Made by a program: the position numbers and the translations under genes
The notes under the pieces: generated by a model
The model's database searches: none
Seen by the model: only the letters and a program-made list of their open reading frames with translations
Told to the model about the DNA's origin: nothing
Part shown: piece by piece, positions 13,237 through 26,473 of the stretch
Position numbering within the stretch: the stretch's first letter is position 1
How the letters are laid out: every line of letters starts with the position of its first letter
Origin: the human T2T-CHM13v2.0 reference genome, Homo sapiens
Assembly: GCF_009914755.1 (NCBI RefSeq)
Contig: NC_060931.1
Length of the DNA: 64,000 bases
Direction: 5' to 3' (one strand)

Positions 13237-13594
13237 TGATATGGTTTGACTGTGTCCCCACCCAAATCTCATCTTGAATTGTAGTTCCCACAATCCTCAC
13301 CTGTTATGAGAAGGAGCCAGTGAAAGGTAACTGAATCATGCAGGTGGGTTTTTCTCATTCGATTCTCATAATAATGAATAAGTCTCATGAGATCTGATTG
13401 TTTTATAAAGGGCAGTTACCTTGCACATGCTCTCTTGTCTGCCACCATGTAAGACATGCCTTTGCTCCTGCTTCGCCATGATTGTGAGGCCTCCCCAGCC
13501 ATGTGGAACTGTGAGTCCATTAAGCATCTTTTTCTTTATAAATTACCCAGTCTCAGGTATGTCTTCATTAGCAGTGTGAGAATGGACTAATACA
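13237..13594 (+). mobile_element. THE1C (THE1B/C) solo MaLR LTR, full length
   Basis: TGATATGGTTTG...GGACTAATACA termini, 358 bp, perfect 5-bp TSD tcagg at 13232-13236 and 13595-13599. Confidence 0.92.
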
Positions 13595-13700
13595 TCAGGA
13601 AAGAATAAAGTCCCAAAGGGCCAAATTAGAATTAATTTAGGGTCAGTGAAGAGTAAGCAGCCTTAATGTAACAAGGAGGCCCAGAATACTTCCTTGTTGA

Positions 13701-13724
13701 ACACACACACACACACACACACAC
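13701..13724. repeat. (AC)12 microsatellite
   Basis: Seen directly. Confidence 0.95.
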
Positions 13725-14094
13725 GAGTAAATAGACTAATAAGGTGAGAAAGTGGTTAAAAAGAAGTGGGGTCAGAAGGACAAGTCAAGTGTTATATGTC
13801 AGTTAATGCCTGATGGAGAAAACATTAGTTTAGGAGCAGTACTTCAAAGGGAGAGCCAGCTGTCAGGGCAATGAGCAGTGAGGAGGGTAAGGAGCCAGGA
13901 CAGAAAAGAACAGTGGTGCTGCCATGAGGGGCCCTCAGTGTAGGGTTTTCGAGACAGCCTAGATGTTGAATCAGGTGCCAAGGAAAGAAAGTGACTAAGA
14001 AAAGCAGAAGAAACCAAAGAAACCTTTCCCTCCACCACTGTTTGTGCAGAACTAAAATCAAGCTGATGAAGTCTGCATTAAAAAAAAAAAAGAA

Positions 14095-14468
<374 letters not shown>

Positions 14469-15169
14469 TTAAGAATTAATATACCCAATTTCCTGAAACC
14501 TAGAATTTCTGATTAACTTACAAGTTCTAGAACCAATTTATGATATTTCATAAGATATGCTCAGAGAATCTTATGAAAACATATGCAGTAAATACAATTC
14601 ACACATATATTGCCATTTGGCATATAGCCAAAGAAAAATAAGTGTGCACTTATTTCACAAATGTTGACATAAGATAATTCTAATGTATATATTGGATATT
14701 TTACCAAACAAAAACAAAAACAAAAGAAAACCCCTCAATGTGCTTAGTCAAGAAAAGGGGAAAATGAATCAAAGCAAAAAGTAGTATATTTTCCAGTTGG
14801 GCATACTACACTCTCAAAACTGTGGCTATCAGAGAGCATGTGGACTCACAAAGGAGGGTGGAACATTCTTTTTTAAACAAATTTTTTTTTAATTTTTAAC
14901 AAAATTCAATCAAACTATTAAATAGAATTACTTTTATATGCAGTTTTATTGAATTTAAGCCTTAATTCTAATTCTGCTTCTATTACCATTGTTGAACTCT
15001 CATGTAGCAAATAAGCAGAGTTACAAATTTAAAAAGTAGTTGAATGGTCTAATGGGTAGGGTCATTGAATTATTTTTAACTAACCCTGTTTGAAATGAAG
15101 ATTAGTCAAGGCATTACAGGTAGAAGGCTAAGATTTCTGGTAAATCCATGTAGTGATCTGTTTGTTATA

Positions 15170-15310
15170 ATAGCTGTGTGCCAAGAGTGGTGTAAGGCTT
15201 TTACTTTCATTACCTAAATTAACTCTCAACAACCCTCAGAGAAAAGCAGGTTTGCAGATGAGGAAGTGGGAGATTTGGAATTTATACTTGGTCTGTAAGA
15301 TCTTACTGTC
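15170..15310 (-). mobile_element. MIR fragment
   Basis: tgtgtgccaagagtggtgtaaggctttt...aactctcaacaaccct...tttgcagatgaggaagtggg. Confidence 0.55.
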
Positions 15311-15499
15311 CATGTACCTAGTGACCCTAGGTACATGCAGTAATGTACCCCTGTAGTAATGTCTCCCTGATTTCAGAGGAGTAATTTCTGTAGCGCTGTG
15401 TTAAAAATTGAGAATTTGGGTTTCTCTTTCCTACTCCCGCACTAAAACTAAATTACCTAGCTATTCTATCTCATCTCATGTGATTTGCTTATAAGATGA

Positions 15500-15660
15500 A
15501 ATGGACACTCTTCCATTGAGAGGTGGGGTGTATGTTCCCTCCTCTTGAATTTGAGTAGAGCAAGACACTGTGGTGCCATATTGGCTCAGGTAAAAGCATG
15601 GTGCCATATTGGCTCAGGTAAAAGCATGGCAGAGAGGGATCCCGTAAGATTCCCAGGCAA
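15500..15660 (+). mobile_element. MLT1 (F/G/H-like) LTR 5' fragment
   Basis: gacactcttccattgagaggtggggtgtatgttccctcctcttgaatttgag. Confidence 0.55.
15571..15629. repeat. Perfect 28-bp tandem duplication
   Basis: tggtgccatattggctcaggtaaaagca x2 followed by tgg. Confidence 0.95.
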
Positions 15661-17053
15661 AATTCTTTTCTCCAGATTTCTTTAAATTGCCCCCAACAAT
15701 ATGGGGTTTTAGACAGGAAATGATGAAGTCTTACCTTTCACTACTGAAAATCTAATTTAAGGAGCCACCTTCTCCTAGAGTTGCAGGCAACTCTAAAATT
15801 CAAGTATTAGAAATATATTATCTGGAAAGGAAAAGATCCTAATAGAACATTTAAGAACTAATAGGCTTCCTAAGTCAAATGATATAAATAAACAGAAGCC
15901 CAAAATCTTTTTGGACCCTTTAGTACACAGGACAAAAACAAAACAAAATGAAAAAACTTTTAAGACAACTCAGCAAAAAAATTCCAATTTAGAATCAATC
16001 TAATACTCTAGAGGCCAACTGCTTTCAAAGCAGAAACTAGCTTTATTTTCTTTCTAAATCTTTGGCCAAAGCAACATTTGGAATACTCACATATGTGGAG
16101 ATTAACTTTCTGCCAAATATAGAAGTTTCCAGTTTATTTACTCAATAAAATCATTCACTCAAGCTAATCTTATTTATTCCAGGAATAATGTTGCATTTGT
16201 AGACTGTGTCCCTGACTACGAACTTAGAATCAAATAAATTATATATATGACAATACTATATTATGAAAATCTAAATACAGAACTGAAAAATTCCTATGGT
16301 AAAATTAGAAATATTTAAGTTGAATCCCAAAAACTGGATATTTATAGGATTAATACATAAAATACCATTTACTTACATCATTTGTTTGACCTAAAACTTC
16401 CCTCCAATCAAGTTAGTTGGGCATTACATTTATAATGCTTTTAATACTTTTTTAATTTAGAAGGGATTTTTCAGAGATGATTTGGAGTGATCTATATCTT
16501 TATAAAGAATAAACGACTCTTACTAAAGACTTTTGAGATTTTTTTTCTTTGTATAAATTTCTTTGTCACGAGCAAGGACATTTATTTATTATTTCATTGA
16601 TCAAAGCAGAACTCAGAGTAGAGTGGTGGGTACTCGATAATTATTTACATTGATTATATAAAACTATGACTTCTCCTAAAAGCTGTTATTAAAAATCAGA
16701 GTAGGCTGGCATTTCTCTACTCCATGTTTTTCTGGTTCAGAGTAACATCAGGAGCTACTTAGGACCCGTCCAATGTCCATGGGGGAAAGGTCCCTCGTTA
16801 ATATTGACACTGAGTTCATCTTTCACTGGAGGTCAGAAAGTCTCCAAGTCTCTCTGTGACAGCCCGGTGAAGACTCCTATCTGATCTGGTGGGCCAGGGA
16901 GGCACCCATCAGTGAGTAGCAAAGCTTTCCCAAAGGAGTTTTAGTTACTTGAGAACATTTAAAACTACAGATAGCACTGCAGCTTGCACATGTATATCCC
17001 CCAAATTCTTCACTTCTAAGCCTGGACAAAAAGAGATGAGGGGTCTCTAAAGA

Positions 17054-17365
17054 GGGTGGGGTAAGGTGGCTCAAGCTTATAATCCCAGTGCTTTGGGAGG
17101 CTAAATTGGGAGAATTGCTTGAGGCCAGGAGTTGGAGACCAGCCTGGGCAACATAAAGAGACACTGTCTCTACAAAATAAAAGTTTTTTAAAATTAGCTA
17201 GGTGTCTGTAGTCCCAGCTACCGGAGAGGCCAAGGCGGGAGGATTGCTTGAGCCCAGGAGTTCAAAGCTGCAGTGAGCTATGATAGCACCACTGCCACTC
17301 CATCCAGCCTGGACAACAGAGCGAGACCTTGTCTCTACAAAAACAAACAAACAAACAAACAAAAA
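17054..17365 (+). mobile_element. AluJ with (CAAA)n tail
   Basis: gcttgaggccaggagtt...agcctgggcaacata, ggattgcttgagcccaggagttcaaagctgcagtgagctatgat. Confidence 0.93.
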
Positions 17366-17539
17366 TTATTTAGGAGAGTGATGAGATTCTATTTGAAGAA
17401 TGGGTTGGGGAAGAGCAAGCCCGGAAGCAAAGCTAGTTAGGGAATGGAGCCTGGGGGATTAGGGAAGACTTCATAGAGAAGGTGACCTTGAATTGAGAGC
17501 GGAAAGAGAAGTGTAAAAACATGCTTAGTGAAAAAAACC

Positions 17540-17612
17540 CTCTCTCTCTTTCTCTCTCTCTCTCTACATATATATATATATTCACATATGCATATATATG
17601 CTATATCTATAT
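17540..17612. repeat. (TC)n/(TA)n compound simple repeat
   Basis: Seen directly. Confidence 0.85.
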
Positions 17613-17619
17613 AGCATAG

Positions 17620-17830
17620 GGACACAAACATATGTAATTAAGAAAATAAATCATAAACACAGTAACTAAAAATTCTAGAATAACAAGTTAAGTTACTTCT
17701 GAGTGGGAAGGAATGAATGGTGGATGAGATTGGAGAAGAATTCACACGTACTGCTAAAGATCTTCTTAAACTAGTACATGGGTGTTCATTATACAATTAT
17801 TTTTATGTCATATATATTTCATAACTACTC
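17620..17830 (+). mobile_element. Old L1 (L1MC/ME) 3' end
   Basis: agttacttctgagtgggaagg...tacatgggtgttcattatacaattattttt. Confidence 0.5.
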
Positions 17831-18009
17831 AAAATTTAATCTAAATTCCTTAAAAACAATTAAGTAATATATAATTTAGTAAATTGTTATGTGGGAGAGT
17901 TTAAGACAAATCTCCCATTGTTGAGAGATCTAACTCTAGGCTTACATGGAGTTTTATAATAATCACTTTATCAACAATTTATTGAACATATTGGTATATG
18001 CTCAGAGGT

Positions 18010-18370
18010 GAGAATCATCCACAATAAAAAAATTACTAGATATGTGAAAAGTGGGAAAATGTAATTCCTTTTGAATAGGAAAAAAAAATAGCAGATTCTT
18101 AGACAATACAGTTGTTGGACTTTTCAGACCAATACTTTAAAACAGTTATTAAACATACACTAAATAGTTACAGAAAATGATGAATACAGTGGATGAAACT
18201 GTAGTGAATGATGGCCATTGTGGATGAAGTAGTAGGGAATTTCAGGAGACATTTTAAAAATTTAATAAAGAAGCAAATGGAAATTCTAGCAATGAAAAAG
18301 TCCTATATCTGAAATAAAAATGCAATGGATGGGCTTAACAGCAGATTGGACCCAGCAAAAGAAAGAATCT
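18010..18370 (+). mobile_element. Old L1 (L1ME/M4-like) ORF1-region fragment
   Basis: aaagaagcaaatggaaattctagcaatgaaaa...gaaataaaaatgcaatggatgggcttaacagcagattggacccagcaaaagaaagaatc. Confidence 0.7.
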
Positions 18371-18699
18371 TCTTTTCTGGGTAGGCATGCGCTATGGGCA
18401 TATAAGTAAATGTAGAGAGGTGGAGGTTACTATCAGATCCCACAGTTAAATCCAGCCATAAATCCGCCCAGTTTTAATTTCCTCCAGTTGGAATACTTCT
18501 TTCACTTAGAACCAGCCAAGCTTAATGCTCTTCCTTAGGAGCCAACTAAGCCCCAGCTAAAATGCAGTTCCCATTAACTATGGCCTCTTCAGTGGTGGCT
18601 GAAAGGTAGGCAGAATAATGTTCAATCTTCTTACTACATGTCTGGCAGAGTATGCTTTGTGACTATTACAGAAAGGACCTCAAAACGTTTGGAGACCTG

Positions 18700-18900
18700 G
18701 AGTGACCAGGCATCATGCTATTTACTTTACATAACAGCCCTGTATGGTACGTTGCATCTTCATTTTATTGAGGAAGCAACTCAAGTGCATCCCAGAGAGA
18801 TTAAGAGACGTGCCCATGGTCTTTCATTTAGCAAGAGGTGGAATCTAAATTCAAACCCAAGTCTTTCTGACTGTACAGCTCATGTTTTAATTCTCCCAGT
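18700..18900 (-). mobile_element. MIR
   Basis: cttcattttattgaggaagcaactcaagtgcatcccagagagattaagagacgtgcccatggtc...attcaaacccaagtctttctgact. Confidence 0.65.
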
Positions 18901-20040
18901 GCCTCAGGATGGTTTCTTCTTTTAGAAAAGGCTTTCTTTTCTTTTATGGCATCACAATTTGTAATAAAAGTAATTCAGGGCCTTAAAAAATGCACATAAG
19001 ATGAGACTTTTGTAAAGTTTACGTGGAATCAGCAACCATTTGAAGAGTATAAACACAGGGACATCCTCTTGCTTAATTAAATCCAGCTGAGTATCCTAAA
19101 ATATTTAAGATAATTATATTTTTTGATGAAATGAATTATTATGGCTTGTACAGACAATCTGAAAAGGCTAATTAAAAGGCAATTTCTCTTGCAGAGTGGA
19201 AGATGCTCTTCAGCAGTTCTTGAAGAGCTCCATGCAATTTGGCTGCATCTGCCCCTTACACATGCAGGGGTATCATATAATTCCAAGGAAAATTTTATGG
19301 TTCTAAATAGCACTCATAAAATTTTTTCCTTGATAAACAGCAATACTGACATAACTTATGATAACTGTTTTCCTTCCAACAAATGATTATCGTATTTAGG
19401 AGCTGGCATCTAATTAGTAAGACAGTAAAGCCTGTTATATAACAAAACAGAATATTTAAGGTAAACCAGAGACCCCATGAAGGCTAGGAATAACTATTAA
19501 CATTCTCCTAATACATGTCCATTGCCCAAATACAGACACAGAGCTGCTGCCTCCACACTGTTCTGCACTCTAGAAAGCCTGGAAATGCCACTTCCTTGTG
19601 ATTCCTGACTGCTTTGCCTCTCAGTGCACTTCTAGCATGGTCTTCACGTAATACTGGTTTCAGAGGAAATTAGGGTACCTATGAGTAATCTCAAATGACA
19701 ATTGGCAGCCCCAAATGTTCCACATAGAATGTGAAAAAAAATTATTTTAAAGGAAGATCATTTATGTAATAAATGTTTTAAATGAAAAAGATCTTTCTAA
19801 TAACATCTGCTATTAAAAGAAGTATATATAGGTTTATTTACTAGGACACCTTATTAAATACTACAGTATAGAACCACTGCTTTCTCACAGAATAGCTGGT
19901 TTTAAAAGCTATTTCTTCTCTTTTTATATTTCCATTTATTTGAGTAGTAGTCCCATGTTTCATTCTTAATGTTTCTGTATGTATTATAAAATGTAATGTT
20001 TTCTAGAAGGTTGGTTTTTCAGTAAAACCACTTAAACTTT

Positions 20041-20246
20041 GCAGATGGCATCGTGGAATGAGTAAGCTACAGCTGAATTTCTGTTATGGTCTTTACAAGT
20101 TGTGTGACCTTGGAAAAGTTAATTTTTTGAGACTCCATTTTCTCATTTGAAAAATGGAGATTGTAATGCCCCTCTTGCAGTGTTAATGTGATCTTCAAGG
20201 AGGTTAGGTCCATAAAACAGTTGACATGCAATAAGTATTTAATATG
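20041..20246 (+). mobile_element. MIR
   Basis: agttgtgtgaccttggaaaagtta...ttttctcatttgaaaaatggagattgtaat. Confidence 0.7.
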
Positions 20247-20407
20247 TAGATATTTGTTTTTATTTATAAATAAATATATAGATATTTGTTTTTATTTACA
20301 AATAAACATATAGATATTTATTTCATTTACAAATAAATATATAGATACTTCATTTACAAATAAATATTTATTTCATTTCCAAAAATTATATAGATATTTA
20401 TTTTATT
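20247..20407. repeat. AT-rich minisatellite, ~32-bp unit, ~5 degenerate copies
   Basis: Unit tagatatttgtttttattta(t/c)aaataaa(t/c)ata at 20247, 20279, 20311 and onward. Confidence 0.9.
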
Positions 20408-20445
20408 GTGACCTGGGCCTGCTCCTTTTCTCATTCAGCATAAAC

Positions 20446-20483
20446 TGTAATGAGGATACATTTGCAATCCAAGATAAGGAAAC
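20446..20483 (+). repeat. 38-bp dispersed direct repeat, copy 1
   Basis: tgtaatgaggatacatttgcaatccaagataaggaaac, identical to 24228-24265. Confidence 0.95.
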
Positions 20484-22794
20484 ATAGAGGGTGACATTCT
20501 ATATTTGAATCAATCATTAGAACTTTGCTTATCACAATTTCATTCACCCTCAGAGCACTTACTATACTCTGCACAAAGCAAAGGACAAGGTGAACTAAGA
20601 TGGTGAATTTGTAGTCTATGTGCTGACATAGGCTGAATATAACTCCTATGCTCAATTAAGAGATAAGCTTACCATCAAAGAAATAGAAAATAATTTGTTT
20701 TTGCATGTTCAATTTTGGTTACTATATGCTATAGCAGAAAAGAAAAAATACTATATAATATGTAATAATTGACACCTTTAAATCTGAGGTTGGCCACATA
20801 TTTAGAGTCTTTAAACATTTGTAGCTATAATACTTTTGTAAAGGGCTAATATTGAGCTCTAAATATGAAGGATCCATGCTGAGGAATTCCAGTCAGTGCT
20901 TCAATACTTCAAGATAAATAATTTGTTGTTATGAATATCATATAAAGTTATCAGAAACAAGTAAAACTTTCAATATAATAATACACTATTATTAATATAA
21001 TAATCTAATCTGAATTATGGCAGCTCACTAAAGTTGACGCCACTCTATTGCTGCTACCAAATCTAAGGTAATTTAATTTCTTATATTCAGCATCATGTCT
21101 GTGAATGTACTAATGCACTCAGAGTAATTACTTATTGAAAACATTAAGAATGTTCTGATTTGGGGTACTTGATTTCATGTGCATATTTTAAAGGTACTAT
21201 GTCATTTTCCCAATAAACTTTATTTTCTCTTTCTGTAAGAATGCAACCAATTGACGAATAGATAATCCTAAAAGTTCTATTATTCAGAGACAATAGCTTG
21301 CCTCTGCATTATGAGCCATTAAAAATGGTAGCAGAGCAAATAAGTAGTGAATCTAGGTTATTTAGAAATACTTTTAGAAATCTAATGGAAAAGGTAATCT
21401 CATGCTCATGCAACTTGAAACTGTACCACTCACTTAATTATATTCCAAGGCCATGTGGATTCCAGCAACATCTATGTCCTTTCTAAAAACATTAACATGT
21501 TTTTCTTCTGGATTCAAATACATCTTCAAGTGTTTCTGACATCAGTAGAAAATCCTTTTTCTTCATACCCTCTAGATAAATACATTTTGGCAAACTGAAT
21601 TACACTGATCAATTCATGATTCTTATAATTGTAAATCACTTTCTTTCAAGCCTTTCTCAAGGATGGCTATAAGGAAGACTAAAAAAATTTCTAACATATG
21701 AATTCCTGTGTGTGGAAAAAATACTTATAAGCAGAAAATTTGTAGGAGTTCTGAAGCAAACAGCATGAAGTTATTACCCTATGGGAGATGAACTCCTAGG
21801 CATCATCAGTTGCTATCTCCCTGACTCATTGTGTTTGTGGCAAAGGAGGTATGTCAAAGCAGGGACCTTTCGTTTTGACCAAAAATGCATGCATGCTTGG
21901 AAAATCTCATCTGATTAGTAATGATTAATGGCACAAATAAAATACATCATTGTGATTATTATGAATAGTATTACTTTAGCTGTTATTATTTTGGTGTTTA
22001 TGTTTCTCAAATATATCTGCTTATATATGTTTCCTTTGCTACACTCTTGTTTGATTGATTCTAATGAAATATATACACATACACCATTTGCACATTTTTC
22101 ACAATTGAGTGTCTCAAAAGTAGATTTGGATCTTATAATTGCTGTCAGCCAGAAGGCAGTCATGACAAAGCTGTCTGTCCTTTCTTACCAATGCACATTC
22201 AAATTTGTAGAATGAGCATCAGAATTCAAAGCTGAGTAGAAAAATATGGACATGGACAATTTTGAGTCAAAAAGTGATTTAAGAAATGTCAAAATCTGAA
22301 TGCGAAGTTTTAGGTTGCATTAAACAATTTTGCTTTTATCTCTTTATTTTTATTTCAATGTTTCCACAAGACTGATATATTGTAAAAATCTATGTATAAA
22401 TGGATCTAAAAGAATTCTTTCAATAATCATAAAATAAAAATTAAAAATATAAGAAAGCATTGAGTCATAGTATAACTGAATTTTATTTTCTTTTTGATGA
22501 TACATAAAATAATGTGTGTGCATAATTTCCATTATTATTCAAAACCAGTGTGACCATATCCCAGAGTCCTATCCTTTCTTTTACAAGTCTCACCTTAAAA
22601 TTTTCCTCAAAAAATGTAAAAGGTTTAACATCACCCTCTGTTACACATATAAAATGGTTTTAATTTGGCTCTTCAAAACCATGATAATCCCAAACTTATA
22701 AGCAAATATTTGGCATAAGTAGATGGCACAGTTGGATGAACCAGAATGCCCCACTAGGAAGTTGTTTCTTTAGGCTAAGTTATTTCATAAAGCT

Positions 22795-23250
22795 TCAAAA
22801 TTTTGTGTCACATTGATTCATGAATTCACTGCTCAGAATTTATTCTAAGAAAATAATCATATGTGGATAAAGATTTTGCTGCAAGGATACTAAACTTGGG
22901 GCTAGTATCATTACACCAAACAATGAAAACAGCCTAATGCCTCATAACAGGGAGATGGACACATTGTGGATTGCTATGCAGCAATTTAAAATTATGTTGG
23001 AAGAGAATTCAGTATCATGAAAAGATGTTGTAAACATATCCTAGAATAAAAAACAAACAAAAAGGAGGCTAGGAACCATTATGGCCAGTAGAACCCTTCA
23101 AAGAATAAATACATGCATGTCAAAGAGAGTCGAGAAGTATGTTACATGTATATACATAAAGATTATCTCTAATTACAAGATGATGGATGAAGTTTTCCCA
23201 TAATGCTACTTATTTTCCAAAATGATCGATATATTTCTTTAATAATTAAA
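22795..23250 (+). mobile_element. L1ME4-like 3' region
   Basis: agaatttattctaagaaaataatc...gaaaacagcctaatgcctcataacagggaga...ctatgcagcaatttaaaattatgtt. Confidence 0.6.
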
Positions 23251-23717
23251 AAGTAATAATGGAGTGTCAGAAGTCCTCCATAAAATATAAATTGCCCAGA
23301 ATAGAGGATGATGTTGCATCACTCTTAAATTATCGCGGGTTTTTAGGAGACCACTTTAAGATCCAGAGCTGTAAATTTACAGTGTTGAAAGTGAAAAGAA
23401 ATTATGGTTTAGAGCATAAGAGTAAGTCAAAGGAAGACAGACTTGGGTAGGACATTGCGGTGGCTTTTTGCACATTAGAACCATGAGAGTATAAAATAGC
23501 TGGGCATTGAGAAGCAGGTATCATAAGGTTGCAAGGAGGATGTCATGATTAACCACTAATTTCAGTTTTGCTTCTGCCTAGTCTATTATGGACTTCACAA
23601 GTAATTCCATCTTAATATAGGGAGTGAGAACAGAAGCTGTTTTTACTACCCAATACCTATCACGCTGCCAGGCACAAAGCCCAAACTTTGAAAATGCTTC
23701 TAACCTCAGGAAATCTG

Positions 23718-23905
23718 AAGTAGTGGAAAGATCTTTGGATTACTATAAAAAAGTCAGAATTTGATTTGAGAACTTTTTTTTTTTAATTTGCTAGCCATAT
23801 GGCCTTGTGCTAATGACTTGCATTTCTGAGACAGATTTCCACCCTATAAATTTAGATGATATTAATAATGCTCCTTCACATAGTTGGAAAGATTAAATAA
23901 TCATA
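23718..23905 (+). mobile_element. MIR
   Basis: gtagtggaaagatctttggat...ctagccatatggccttgtgc...cagatttccaccctataaa. Confidence 0.55.
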
Positions 23906-24227
23906 TATTATAAACTAGCAATGATTTGTTTCCATAAATTATTACTACACCTATTTTTGCAAAAGGCCTTTTAAATATAGCATTACAATCCATAACAGCA
24001 CTGCTATCTTTTTAGAATTCTTGAAGACTACATAACTGAAAACTAAAAGCAGGTGAACTATATGGAAAGAAAAACAAAACTTTAATTATTCTTACATTGA
24101 AGCTATCAAAACTTTAAGGATCTGAAATATTAAAAATGAAACAAAACACACTGAACTTCTTTGTGTATAGTTACTGCGAAGACAGTGTGGCTCATTGACC
24201 TCTTAGGATTTCTTTCTAACTCATGGT

Positions 24228-24265
24228 TGTAATGAGGATACATTTGCAATCCAAGATAAGGAAAC
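24228..24265 (+). repeat. 38-bp dispersed direct repeat, copy 2
   Basis: Identical to 20446-20483. Confidence 0.95.
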
Positions 24266-24299
24266 CTCATTGAGTAAAATATTGACACAAGGAGAACTT

Positions 24300-25495
24300 T
24301 GAAAGAGATTAGTTCAATATAACTAAACAGAAAATCCAGAAATAAGTCCAACTCCCCTTAGGAATTTATTATAGGGAAAGGTGACATTTTATATTGGTAG
24401 GGACAAGATGGGTTATTTAATAAATGGCACTGGAACAACTGCAGAACCTTTGGGAAAAAATGGGTTCCTTCTTCAGTCCCTACATCTAAATAAATTTCAG
24501 GTGGATAAAATAAGTAAATGTAAAAGCATGAAACATTGAGAACAGTAGATAAAAATATGTGTATTTTTGTAATCACAGAATAGAAAAAGAACTTCCAAGG
24601 GTGACATCAAATTTAGGAGGCATAAAAGCCAAGATTGATAATTCTGGCAAGATAGGAATTTAAAATTTATTTACAAGACCACACACACACACATACACAC
24701 ACACTCCAAAACATAAAAAAATCAAGAACTGGGAAAAATATTCACAACATATGTGACAGAAAGTAGTTAAATTCCTATGAAAACAAATAACAAATCAATG
24801 AGATGAAAACTCAATAAAAATGAACAAAAAACACAAATGACCTATTCAAATATGAAAAAACTCTACTCATAAATACTTGACTTTATTATAACTAATTCTA
24901 TTCATATTTAAATATGTGCAAATTAATGTCATGAGTTTTCCCACCTGTTAGCTTAGCAAAGACTAAACTGTCTTCTATTGTCCAGCATTGGTATTTATAT
25001 GAAGAAAAATGCACTTCTGCATTATTGGTGGGAGCATAGAGATACAATCTTTTTGAAGGGCAATATCTACAAAATAATTAAACCCAACCAATTAGGTGGA
25101 GAGTACACAAAGATGTTTATTGGAGCAGTTTTAGAAACAGCAAAAAACTAGAAACAATCTAGAATACTGATTTTTCATAAATGAAATAGAATATTATGTA
25201 ACTATTAAAAAGAATGAGATCAATCTCTATGGGATGATATGGAAAGACCTTCAAGGAGCATTGTTAAGTTAAAAATAAACTGTACATTAATATTTATAGT
25301 TTTATGCCATTCGTGTTTCTAATAAACATACATTTACATTTACCAAGATATATCTGGAATGATAAAAAAAGAAACAGTTTAAAGTGGTTTCCTCTGAGGA
25401 GATGAGTTGTAGGATTGAGAGAAAAAATTTTTTATCTAAATCTTTTGTATTATTTAACTCTTACATAATGATCATGTTAATTATGTAATAAAAAG
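24300..25495 (+). mobile_element. Old L1ME: ORF2 3' part plus 3' UTR, degraded
   Basis: acagaaaatccagaaataag...ttatttaataaatggcactggaacaactg...actgggaaaaatattcacaacatatgtgacagaaag...cacaaagatgtttattggagca...actattaaaaagaatgagat. Confidence 0.75.
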
Positions 25496-25794
25496 CTTAA
25501 GCCATGCTAACTGAGTAGTGAATTATGCTTATTAACACTGCTGTATATAATCTTCTATTTTTTAAGAGTTCTTATATGAAGGCTTTTTTAAACTTATAGA
25601 CCTTAAAGATGTTCAGTCTTCACTCGTACATACTAATGTTTTCTCCTGTTTTTTCTGTTGTGTGAATTTAAATTCTATAAACTTGTTTGTCATATATCTA
25701 GAATTCCTTATATTGCTGTAATTATCTGGTTAGCTTAACATAACTTAAATGAAAACTGATATGTGGCATCAATATGATAGTTTTAATTACAATA

Positions 25795-26045
25795 ATTTTA
25801 TAGAGTAGTGATTCTAGGATTTGACTTTCTAAATTTACATACTGGCTCTCTCATTTATTAGTAGGGTGACCCTAGGAAAGTTACTTAACCACTCTTAGCC
25901 TCAGTTTACTCATTTGTACAATTAGGTAAATGATAGTCTGTCTTTATATTATAGGGAAGTTGGGGAATTAGATAAATACATATAAAATATTTGGCAGTCC
26001 TCAGCACATAGTATTCAATAAATATGTTGAGCATTTTCATTATCT
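25795..26045 (+). mobile_element. MIR
   Basis: tagtagggtgaccctaggaaagttacttaaccactcttagcctcagtttactcatttgtacaat...agcacatagtattcaataaat. Confidence 0.75.
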
Positions 26046-26108
26046 ATATTATTATTAAAATACCTTTGAAAGACATTTCCAAATTCAATTCTGTTATAAT
26101 ATAGTCTG

Positions 26109-26473
26109 TGATATGGTTAGGCTCTGTGTCCCCACCCAAATCTTATTTTGAATTATTATCCCCAGGTTAAGGGAGAGACCTGGTGGGAGGTGATTAAATC
26201 ATGGGGGCGATACTCCCCATGCTGTTCTCATGACAGTGAATAAGTCTCATAAGAGCTGATGGTTAAATAGCAGTTCCCCTCTGCTCGCTCACTCTTCTCT
26301 CTCCTGCTGCCATGTGAAGAAGTTCCTTGCTTCTCCTTCACCTTTGACTATGAATGTAGGTTTCCTGAGGCCTCCCTAGCCATGTGGAATGGTGAGTCAA
26401 TTAAACCTCTTTCCTCTATAAATTACCCAGTCTTGGGAAATTCTTTATAGCAGTATGAAAATAAACTGATACA
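26109..26473 (+). mobile_element. THE1D solo MaLR LTR
   Basis: TGATATGGTTAGGCTCTGTGTCCCCACCCAAATC...AACTGATACA; TSD gtctg/gtcta. Confidence 0.9.

Noticed and set aside
19170-19320. Acceptor-like aatttctcttgcag and the 81-aa ORF as a coding exon
   Set aside because: No convincing downstream donor and no recognisable protein similarity.
20247-20407. Regularly spaced ~32-bp repeats as a possible CRISPR-like array
   Set aside because: The units are tandem with no unique spacers, the context is eukaryotic, and there are no cas genes; it is a minisatellite.
20484-24227. Segment between the 38-bp repeats as a novel transposon with a long TSD
   Set aside because: The interior is ordinary old genomic DNA with decayed L1ME/MIR pieces, and has no TIRs, poly(A) tail or ORF.
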